Assembly: GCF_006345805.1 (NCBI RefSeq)
Contig: NW_021826545.1
Location: 1-13,001 of the forward strand
Length of the DNA: 13,001 nt
Direction of reading: 5' to 3'
DNA from: Octopus sinensis
Taxonomy: Eukaryota
This document shows, one piece after another, positions 1-8,964 of this stretch; position 1 is the stretch's first letter, and each line of letters opens with the position of its first letter. The notes under the pieces were generated by a model. That model was not told where the DNA came from. It searched no databases and was given only the letters and a program-made list of their open reading frames with translations. The position numbers were made by a program, and so were the translations under genes.

Positions 1-9
1 ACCACACAT

Positions 10-47
<38 letters not shown>

Positions 48-220
48 TTATATATATACACATATATCTATCCATACATACATGGACAGATAGACAGATA
101 GTTAGACAGTTAGAGAGACAGATAAATAAATAGATAGATTAATAAATAGATAGATAAATGGATAGATAGATAGATAGATAGATAAATAGGTAGTTAGGTA
201 AATAAATAGATAGATAGATA
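1..220. repeat. Compound microsatellite (CA)/(TA)n followed by degenerate (TAGA)n
   Basis: Directly visible TA run at ~15-60, then TAGA/TAAA tetramers up to 220. Confidence 0.95.
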
Positions 221-575
221 CTGAGACACCATTCGGTCATGACTTATCGTGGAATTGCACCTAGAAAGTTACCCTCCCAGGCACAAGTCCGGGCAAGGTT
301 GTTTATGGATGAACAGCAGTCACCCATGCATACCGGCCTCCCTTCTCCACGCCACCAATGTTATCCAAGCGAAAGGCAAGGGCCGATACAGCCTGGCACC
401 AGTGACATCGCAACTCATTTCTACAGATGAGTGAACTGGAGCAACGTGTCTTGCTGAGTGAACTGGAGTAAAGTGTCTTGCTCAAGGACACAACTTGCAG
501 CCCGGTCCGAGATCCGAGCTCACAACCTCACAATCGTAAGCTCGACGCTCTAACCATTGAGCCATGCGCCTTCAC
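221..575 (-). mobile_element. tRNA-derived SINE (family A), near full length
   Basis: Minus strand starts GTGAAGGCGCATGGCTCAATGGTTAGAGCG (Pol III A-box-like), then GTGAGCTCGGATCTC (degenerate B-box), then GTGTCCTTGAGCAAGACACTT (CORE-like SINE central motif). Flanked on both sides by (TAGA)n. Confidence 0.85.
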
Positions 576-643
576 TAGATAGATAGATAAATAGATAGAC
601 AGGCAGATATATATGTATGTATGTATGTATATATATATATATA
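576..643. repeat. (TAGA)n/(TATG)n/(TA)n microsatellite
   Basis: Directly visible. Confidence 0.9.
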
Positions 644-838
644 ATACAAATAAGAAAATGGAGAAACAAATTTAGTTTGTTCATCAACTTACGAATATTA
701 TAATGTTTGATAGTTTATTCATTTTACAAATGAGGACATCAGAAGCATACAAAATATTATATAAATCAATAGATAAGATATAATACAAATACAGATTTTA
801 AAAGTCATAGTATAAAATTAATGAAATCCTAAAAATTA

Positions 839-897
839 CTTCTTACAGCTGTTTCAGCCTATGGTCGATATACCATAGTGGGTTACACCCTTAACCC
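839..897 (-). other. 3' half of a hammerhead-like motif (probable PLE terminal-repeat remnant), incomplete
   Basis: Minus strand reads hairpin CTATGGT-atatcg-ACCATAG, then gct, then GAAAC-AGCT-GTA-AGAAG, i.e. GAAA plus palindromic ACAGCTGT plus a GUA triplet. No CUGANGA half is found upstream. Confidence 0.35.
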
Positions 898-914
898 CTA
901 CCTTACTTTGCAGC

Positions 915-1155
<241 letters not shown>

Positions 1156-1334
1156 TATAACATTGATAGAGTAGTATAGAAAACGTATATGGTATTTTAT
1201 GTCCCTAAACATCGGATCATTTCAGCAAATAACAATAATGGCCAGGATTACAAAGTGGTTGCCACATTATATATTTCTCATAATTAAGCTCATTAGTGTC
1301 AGCAACAAATACAACAACCACCAGCATTGAATAG

Positions 1335-1508
1335 ATAATATATATATGCGTATTTATGCGTATAAATGTATAGGTATACACACACACACACGCATACGCT
1401 CATATGTATGTATATTTTGTATTTGTGTGTGTGTTTGTGTGCATACATACATATAAATACTTACATATGTATATGCGTATACATGTATATGTAAGTATAT
1501 ATATATTT
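1335..1508. repeat. Degenerate TA/CA/TG low-complexity tract
   Basis: Alternating purine-pyrimidine sequence. Confidence 0.8.
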
Positions 1509-1549
1509 GTAAATGGACGCATCACGTTCAATTAAATAATAAATGATAT

Positions 1550-1701
1550 TGCTGTGTAGGTAAGTAGCTTGCTTACCAACCGCATAGTTCCGGGTTCAGT
1601 CCCATTGCGTGGCATCTTGGGCAAGTAACTTTTAATATAACCTCGAGCCGACCAAAACCTGGTAGTTGCACTTGGTAGACGGAAACTGAAAGAAGCCCGT
1701 C

Positions 1702-1767
<66 letters not shown>

Positions 1768-1978
1768 TTGTGTCTGAGTTTTTCCCCACCAACATCGCTT
1801 GACAACCGATGTTGGTATGTTTACGTCCCCGTAACTTAGCGGTTCGGCAGAAGGGACCGATGGAATAAGTTCTAGGCTTACAAAAAATAAATCCCTTTGG
1901 GTCGATTTGCTCGACTAAAGGTGGTGCTCTAGCATGGCCACAGTCACATGACTAAAAGAAATAAAAGAATAAAAGAAT
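1550..1978 (+). mobile_element. tRNA-derived SINE (family B) with internal (TA)n(TG)n microsatellite
   Basis: Head TGCTGTGTAGGTAAGTAGC...GGGTTCAGTCCC (A/B-box-like). 5' half ends GGAAACTGAAAGAAGCCCGTCG, microsatellite at 1704-1773, 3' half has GTAACTTAGCGGTTCGGC...AGCATGGCCACAGTC, and the tail is (AAAAGAAT)n. Homologous to 6250-6845 and to the minus-strand fragments. Confidence 0.9.
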
Positions 1979-1991
1979 ATATGTATATGTC

Positions 1992-2689
1992 GAAATACGG
2001 ATTAGGAAAATTTCAAAATCAGGCGTCCATTGCATTTTCAAGTTCTGTCATTGGAAAATCTACATTCGAAGAATAGTCCACGCCTTCAAAGATCATCCGA
2101 ACCGAAGTGTGGAATTTTGCGAGTTAGGACTTGGGCAAGATGTGCAGAAGATGAATATTTTCCGACAAAGGTTTTTTTGGAGAGATGAGGCTACATTTGA
2201 ATTAATTATCTCGATTAACCGCTACAATTGTACATTCTGGGAACCTAAGGATCAGCTTATTACGGAGTGCAAGGATTCGTAACATGGGCTTGTCCTATTT
2301 ATTTGCTTTTGCTGCGAAAGTATTCCATGCCAAACATTTAAGAGGACTTTAAAAATGTGGAGTTTTGATTCCAGCAAGACTGTCCACATCCACACAACCA
2401 TAGTAATGTAAGGGCCTACTTTGATGAGATTTTGCCAAACGGGTGGATTGGATGAAGTCATTCAGTGGGGTACCCTTCGCTGTCACTGTACTTTACCCAA
2501 TTAAGTATTTGCTATGGGTATTCTTCAAAAATGGAATTTACTTCACAACAGCCGAGGAATTGAGAGCAGCCATTGAAAGAGAATTCGCAGAAATACCAAC
2601 TGAAGTGTTTCGTAACTTCTCTGATTCCATTGCTTCGCATTACCATTTACGGTTTGGAACAGAATGGTCATCAGTTTGAAGACAGGTAA
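1992..2689 (+). pseudogene. Degenerate IS630/Tc1/mariner-superfamily DDE/D transposase (5'-truncated, with stops and frameshifts)
   Basis: Frame 3 at 1992-2282 reads ISKSGVHCIFKFCHWKIYIRRIVHAF...RSVEFCE...FWRDEATFELIISINRYNCTFW (first catalytic D at 2184). Frame 2 from 2369 reads FQQDCPHPHNHSNVRAYFDEILPNGWIG* (second D at 2378). Frame 1 reads LLWVFFKNGIY...EELRAAIEREFAEIP, and frame 2 at 2654-2689 reads LEQNGHQFEDR*. These match the SDEAxF, FQQDGAPxH, RWIG, FLWG and GxHFE motifs. No TIR identified. Confidence 0.88.
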
Positions 2690-2802
2690 TTCAGCAATTA
2701 AAAAAGTTAAGTGTCTGTAGATTCTATTAAAGTTTCAGAAGTAAATGTTTCAAAATAAACTTTGACTTTATTCAATGTGAATATACATTTATACGTTATT
2801 GT

Positions 2803-2805
<3 letters not shown>

Positions 2806-2885
<80 letters not shown>

Positions 2886-2912
2886 ACACACACATATATA
2901 AATATATATATA
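2806..2912. repeat. Long (CA)n microsatellite with short (TA)n
   Basis: Directly visible. Confidence 0.97.
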
Positions 2913-3270
2913 TGACAAAGAGCAACAGCTTACGGAATAGCACATATCCTGAGAAGAAGATACTTGTCCAAGATGGAATAAGGTTGCAACGAACTCACAA
3001 CCACATAATTACCAAATAGGCTTCACAACCAGACTACTACACATCTACCCAGATATTCAATCTTCAACATTACTTATGTAATCACACACCCCACCTTTCC
3101 TGCATAGACTTTCCTCTTAATGCACAACAATTCGCCGGCAGCAATTTCCGTTGAGACCAAATTGAAATATTCGTCATGCGACCATATCTAATACATAATG
3201 ATCCAAGGTTCTGCATTTGACGTAAATTACCTTGTTATGCCTACGGTAATTTGTAGTGTTGTAAAGTGGC

Positions 3271-3319
3271 GCCTAGTGGCATGCCGCCTAGTGGCATTCC
3301 GCCTTTTGGCATGCCGCCC
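3271..3319. repeat. GC-rich 15-bp tandem repeat, three units
   Basis: GCCTAGTGGCATGCC (3271-3285), GCCTAGTGGCATTCC (3286-3300), GCCTTTTGGCATGCC (3301-3315). Confidence 0.9.
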
Positions 3320-3705
3320 GCTTCCCCCGTTTCTTCATAAAGAGATATAATGCGATTTATCAGGTTGTAAAACCAATAAGTTTACAATCTGTCAACACAT
3401 GATGCTGGTAGTTGATAGGGAAAAGGCCAAAACATGAGACAAACTTGATTACATCCGAGAATGGTATTTCGCTTCTTTTACATTCTAAAACATACCGATT
3501 CTTACTACATTAACTAATTTGCCATTTTCTACAAGTGTTTTGGAATTACACGTTGTGTGGTACTAATTGTTTGCAAAATTTTGGAATACTTTCTGAGACA
3601 AAAAGAAAAAAAAATATTCAACAACAAAAATAAAACAAAGTTGAAACAAAAACTAATTCTATTAAACGCAATTTTTCATTCTTCGTTTTCTCTTTATTAA
3701 CCATT

Positions 3706-4501
3706 TGTGTGCGTGTGTGTGTGTGTGAGAGAGAGAGTATGTGTGTGTGTGAGAGTGTGTGTGTGTGAACGAGAGGAGAGAGTGTGTGTGTGAGAGAGAG
3801 AGTGTGTGTGTGTGTGAGAGAGAGAGAGTGTGTGTGTGTGTGAGAGAGAGAGAGAGAAAGAGAGAGACAGAGAGTGTGTGTGTATGTGAGAGAGAGAGAG
3901 AGAGGAAGGAGAGGGAATGTGTGTGTGCGCGTGTGACAGACAGAGAGAGTGTATGAGTGTATGTGTGTTCATGTGTGTATGTGTGTTCATGTGTGTATGT
4001 GACTGGGCTTTTATGTGTATGTATGTGAGTGTGCGCATGTGTGTATGTACTTATATGTATGTGTGAAAGTGTGTATGTCGTTGGGTCGGTAGTTAAGTGT
4101 GGGTATGTGTGCATAATGTACATATGTATATGAGCGTAGGTATGAGTGTGTATGTATTTGTGTGTGTTTATGAGAACGTATGAATGTGAGTGTGTGTACC
4201 TATGTGTATATATGTGAGTGTATGCATGTGTGTATGCATATGTGTTTGTGGTATACGTGGTAGTATGAGTATGTATATGAGCGAATATCAGAGCGAGCAT
4301 GTCTGACTATATACCCGAGTGTAAGTATGTTTGTATGCATCTGGGTGGATATGCATGTGTATAAATGAGTGTGTGCGTTGTGCGTCTGCATGTGCACGTA
4401 TACGAGGGTGCGTATGCCTGCGGGTATGTGTACGGATGGGTTCTAAATCTACTTGCTATGTTTACACGTGTCTAATTCTGCGATTGCATGCGAGTTTATA
4501 T

Positions 4502-4539
<38 letters not shown>

Positions 4540-4752
4540 GCATATCTATATGTGTGAGTGTATATGTGTGTACAGCATCTACGTGTGTATGTGTGTGTAT
4601 AGTTATTTACTATTGAATTCTATTGTTGTACACTTCGCACTCAGTATGTATATATATATATATATATATATTTATATTTCGCTTGCATAGAAGCAACAGA
4701 CATGCATACACTGTCTGTTACTCCTCGCAGCGCATATAGAGCATCTGTGTGC

Positions 4753-4829
<77 letters not shown>

Positions 4830-5055
4830 TGTATGTGTCTCTGAGTGTGGGGTTGTACTCATGCTCATATATATATGTGCATACTTAGAGAGTCCGAGGT
4901 ATATATGTATATAGCTATATGTGTATGCGCGTGTGTGTGTTGGCGTGCGTGTGTGTGTTGGCGTGCGTGTGTGTGTATGTGTGCGTCTGTGTACATAGCT
5001 ATATGTATATATGAATGTATGTATGTATATGTGTATGCATCTATCTATCTATATG
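3706..5055. repeat. About 1.35 kb compound degenerate (TG)n/(AG)n/(TA)n low-complexity region
   Basis: Alternating TG, AG and TA runs throughout. Explains the HT-, VC- and IY-rich ORFs. Confidence 0.92.
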
Positions 5056-5169
5056 CAGTGGAGGCGTGTGAACATGGTCCTGTTTCTGCAAGCATTTGTG
5101 TATATAGTTGCTGGGTTCTTTCAGACACGAGTCAAACTATTTTGTGGTAGGCAAATAATAAATGCGGAG

Positions 5170-5202
5170 GCACACACACGAACACGCACAAACACAGACA
5201 CA

Positions 5203-5257
<55 letters not shown>

Positions 5258-5323
5258 CCACACAGAGACACACACAGACACACACAGACACACACACAGA
5301 GACACACACACACATACACACCA
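5170..5323. repeat. (CA)n/(CAGA) microsatellite
   Basis: Directly visible. Abuts a SINE half. Confidence 0.95.
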
Positions 5324-5475
5324 CATGACTGGTTTCGTTGAGTTTCGGTCAACCAATTCCACTCAAAAGGTACCCGAAGCAATTGCAGAAGACACTTTCC
5401 CAAGATTCCACTCAGTGGGACTGAACCCGGAACCATGTGGTTGCGAAGCCATCTTCTTAACGCACAATTGCGTCT
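5324..5475 (-). mobile_element. SINE family B, 5' half (diverged)
   Basis: CAGTGGGACTGAACCCGGAACCATGTGGTTG and GAAGACACTTTCCCAAG are reverse complements of the family B head seen at 1550-1700 and 6250-6400. Confidence 0.82.
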
Positions 5476-5828
5476 GTGGCTTAGAAATCTCTATGTAAAA
5501 AAATAAACATTCCTAAAGACAAACCATGTTATAATTACGCATGCATGAAACAGTGAAGTATTTCGCTCGAAAGACATTCTTGAAAGTCCAAGCCATCATG
5601 TTAGATAATTGGTTGTCGGTGTGATAGTGAAGGAGATCAAGCCATAAATACATTTGTTGGTGCATCCAATACGATGCGAAGATATAAACAAGAGCAGTTC
5701 AAAAGAAAGATGCATATTTGCTGAGTGTGTTTGTGCGTTGAAGCTATTGTAACGGGGTCGGAGTTAGAACGTATCACATCACCCAACACCCAATCAGTGC
5801 GTGGCAAAGAGAGTGAAGCAAACGGCAC

Positions 5829-5926
5829 CACCATCATCATCATCATCATCGTCAACAGCAACAACCAAAGTAAAAGCAACAACATCAACAAGAATAATAT
5901 TAAGCAAGAACAACAACAGCCGTTGT
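5829..5926. repeat. (ATC)n/(AAC)n trinucleotide low-complexity tract
   Basis: Directly visible. Confidence 0.8.
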
Positions 5927-6249
5927 AATTAGAATAACAACTAACGAAATAGCAGTCTTTTACGTAAGAAAAAACAAGAGTTACTTACAGTAACAATATT
6001 TTCTGTACAAAAAATAATGAAAACTAATATAATATTTACGCAATGAAAATATGAAAGTAACAAAAGTAAAGAAAAAAATAATAAAGATCAAACCAGGTAA
6101 AAAAGGCGGCGTCTCTGTGATAATATCTTCAATTTACAGAGAGCGAGTTAGATTCATAGATTACAAAATCGTTTTGCGGATTTGGGACTAGCAAGGGTCA
6201 CCTTGGACTGTCATCAAGCGAATGTATATGAAATATATATATATTGGAT

Positions 6250-6400
6250 AGGCGCAGGCGTGGCTTTGTGGTAAGAAGCTTGCTTCCCAACCACACGGTT
6301 CCAGGTTTAGCCCCATTGTGTGGTCCCTTAGGGCAAGTGTCATCTACTATAGCCTCAAGCCGACCAAAGCCTCGTGAGTCGATTTGGGAAACGGAAACTG

Positions 6401-6436
<36 letters not shown>

Positions 6437-6487
6437 CTATAATCTATCTATCTATCTATCTATCTATCTATATATATATATTATATA

Positions 6488-6525
<38 letters not shown>

Positions 6526-6845
6526 TATATATATAGATATAATATATATATATTATATATGTATGTATATTTATATTTAATGTGTGTGTGTGTATTTATA
6601 TACGACAGACTGTGTGTATGTGTCTTTATTTCTGTTGCTCCACCACTATTTGCAAAACCGCTGTTGGTGTGTTTACGCCCCCGTAACTTAGCGGTTCAGC
6701 AAAAAGTATGCGACAGAAAGATTACGTGGCTTTAAAAAAAAAGCAAGTCCTGGAGTCCGTTCAATCGACTAAAAGCTCTTCGAGGCGCTGCCCCAGCATG
6801 ACCGCAGGATAATGGCTGAAATAAGTAAGAAGCAAAAGATGAAAA
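6250..6845 (+). mobile_element. SINE family B, full length, with expanded internal (TC)n(TATC)n(TA)n(TG)n
   Basis: Head AGGCGCAGGCGTGGCTTTGTGGTAAGAAGC, then GGGCAAGTGTCATCTACTATAGCC and GGAAACTGAAA. Microsatellite at ~6403-6620. 3' half has CCCCGTAACTTAGCGGTTCAGC...CCCCAGCATGACCGCAG...GCTGAAATAAGTAAGAA. Confidence 0.88.
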
Positions 6846-6888
6846 ATTATTATTGTTGTTGTTATTGCCGTTGTTGTTGTTGTTGTTG
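6846..6888. repeat. (TTA)/(TTG)n trinucleotide repeat
   Basis: Directly visible. Confidence 0.85.
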
Positions 6889-7160
6889 AGCTCGTAGTAC
6901 GCCCTCATAGATCAAGAGCCGTCATTATTCTCCCAATCCGTCCCCTGGGCCCCGGGTTTCGTGTGTCTGTCAATTAACCACGGCACTCTGCACTGTTAAC
7001 TTCATTGCAGACTCCAATTGATTGGCACTTACTTACTATTTCTACCACATCGCCCAACGAATACTTTACGTCAAGAGCAGTAGGTGACGTATGTAATTAC
7101 TGGTACATTTCGTAAGGAAAGATTAAAGTTAGTCACGCAATTTGTATGGAAATGTAAGGC

Positions 7161-7335
7161 TTTCTCTATTTTGTTATATCCTCTATTTTGTTTCAGTTGT
7201 CGGACTGCGGCCATGCTGGAGCACATTCTTGGAGAATTTTTACTTGAATGAATCAAATCCAGTACTTTTTTTAAAAGCTTCGTACTTATTCCGGTTACGT
7301 AAACGCACTAACACCGGTTGTCAACCGGTTGTCAG
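7161..7335 (-). mobile_element. SINE family B, 3' half with internal deletions
   Basis: TTTCAGTTGTCGGACTGCGGCCATGCTGGAGCAC and GTAAACGCACTAACACCGGTTGTCAA are reverse complements of the family B 3' half at 1795-1960. Confidence 0.78.
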
Positions 7336-7339
7336 AGTC

Positions 7340-7835
7340 CTCCTCCCCCCCTCCGCCATATAAATGTACTTTCGAATTTGAGTAACTATTAACATAATTT
7401 ACAATGAATTACGGATGAATTAAGTTTAGTTTTAACCTCCTCATTCTTATAAACACCAAGTAACTATTTAATTCGCTTTTTGATCGTGAGTTCACCAAAC
7501 CACATGTGTGTGTATGTTTACATTTTCGTGGATGCTTGTATGAGCGAGTGTACATGTAGCTTGCGCGAGGGCGTTTATACACCCATATCTGTTAACGGTT
7601 ACTTTTAATACTCTTCTCGCTGTATTGCATCTGTGATTTTAGTTTTGATCTTCTATTGTTTTACTGCATTTCATTCTACGAAATGAGGAGATACGTTGTG
7701 GAACTCTTATTCTAACGAGTTCTGTCTATTTATCACCCGATGAGACACATCTGTCGATACGTGAGGAAACGATGCTACATGTGTCGAAACAATTGTTGTG
7801 ACTAATAAAGATTCTCTCATTTACCAAATTAATAG
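7340..7835 (+). mobile_element. Putative solo pseudo-LTR / terminal repeat of a Penelope-like retroelement (boundaries uncertain)
   Basis: AT-rich segment lying between two SINE fragments. Ends in a minimal type I hammerhead fold followed by AATAAA (7804-7809), the known arrangement of PLE pLTRs. No coding remnant recognised. Confidence 0.45.
7733..7801 (+). ncRNA. Minimal type I hammerhead ribozyme fold (U4C core variant, GUU triplet)
   Basis: Stem I TCAC(7733-36)/GTGA(7798-7801); core CCGATGA (7737-43); stem II GACACAT(7744-50)/ATGTGTC(7779-85); GAAA (7786-89); palindromic stem III ACAATTGT (7789-96); predicted cleavage triplet GTT (7795-97). Confidence 0.72.
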
Positions 7836-8045
7836 CTAGTCTCCAGTTGGACGGGACGCCAGTCCATCGCAGCGTTACTCAAGAAACAGGAAGAGAGAGT
7901 GAGAGTGAGAAAGGTCGCCGGATCCTCGTGGAGCTTTTAGGTGTTTTCGCTCAATAAACACACACAACGCCCGGTCTGGGAATCGAAACCGCGATCCTTC
8001 GACCATGAGTCCGCTGCCCTAGCCACTAGGCCATTGCGCCTCCAC
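7836..8045 (-). mobile_element. tRNA-derived SINE (family C)
   Basis: Minus strand starts GTGGAGGCGCAATGGCCTAGTGGCTAGGGCAGC (A-box) and has GGTTTCGATTCCC (B-box), then GTGTTTATTGAGCGAAAACACC. Confidence 0.87.
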
Positions 8046-8168
8046 GTAAATATATGTGTAATATAAAATATATTTATATATAAAAGGGTAGCTGCCCTAA
8101 TCACTGGGCCATTGCGCCTCCACGTAAATATATATATAATATAACATATATTTATATATAAAAGAGTA
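8013..8168. repeat. 78-bp tandem duplication (33-nt SINE head plus 45-nt AT-rich flank)
   Basis: 8013-8090 and 8091-8168 align end to end with only a few substitutions. Confidence 0.92.
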
Positions 8169-8402
8169 ATATATAACATAAGGGGCATCAGCCATCTGAA
8201 TGTGGCTAGGGACAGGGCAGGGCGGTGGGGGTGTTACTGATGCATTTAGCCCCAGGCGATCATCAACGTCACCAGGAGGGCTGACACCATCTCGGTGTCC
8301 TCTAGCCTGCAAAGGGAGATCATTCCCCGAAGACGCGGATGCTACATACGGACCAGGTTTCAAGGTATTTGCCTATTATCAACGCATGGTAAGCAATTAT
8401 TT

Positions 8403-8964
8403 ATATATTTATATACAAAAGGGTAACTGCTTTGCTAAAGACAGGAGTAAAAAAAACTCCGATGGGGTAGAAGAACCACCAAATTGATACAGATATGACA
8501 GGAAAAAATTAAGTGAATAAGAACCGTATCTTCATTCTGCCAAGGTTGCAGAAAGAATGGCAGTTAATCTGATATCAAGATACCGAATTTTGCGCCGAAG
8601 GGACTCGATTCTCTTCTTTTTTTTAACGACTACTAGAAACAATCATCGAGATTCACCACTATCATACCTGTGTTCGTTTGAGGACCCCAGCACCATTGAA
8701 ACAAACGAACTTCGTGAATTATTTACAAATATATATATATAAGAACATTATTACTCATATAAATAATAACATTAATGGCTGCGAGTATAAAAAGCCATAT
8801 AGGTAAAATTAATAAATACATATAAAATATAAAATATATTTATATAAAAGAGGGTACTAAATAAACACCAGCTTTGCTAAAGATAGCAGTCAAAAACCTC
8901 CGAAGTCACAGAGGAATCACTAGATTAATACAGTCGTGGTAGAAAAAAAATTAAGTGAATAAGA
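8403..8964. repeat. Two diverged ~120-130 bp direct repeats (8403-8522 and 8834-8964)
   Basis: Shared, co-linear ATATATTTATATA..AAAG(A)GGGTA, GCTTTGCTAAAGA, CTCCGA, ATACAG and AAAAAATTAAGTGAATAAGA. Confidence 0.8.

Noticed and set aside
239-491. Three ~62-aa ORFs
   Set aside because: All lie inside the SINE at 221-575.
2605-2676. CTGATGA...GAAAC on the minus strand as a hammerhead
   Set aside because: No stem II closing pair and no stem I or III complementarity. It lies inside the transposase remnant.
2912-3080. Short 55-codon ATG ORF after the (CA)n tract
   Set aside because: No recognisable motif, and the ATG derives from the end of a (TA)n run.
3271-3319. CRISPR-like array
   Set aside because: Repeats are directly adjacent with no spacers, and the context is eukaryotic.
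4695-4719. 8-bp hairpin AACAGACA/TGTCTGTT
   Set aside because: Expected by chance in CA/TG-rich sequence.
8672-8710. 9-bp hairpin GTTCGTTTG/CAAACGAAC
   Set aside because: An isolated short stem with no recognisable ribozyme, SECIS or snoRNA motifs.
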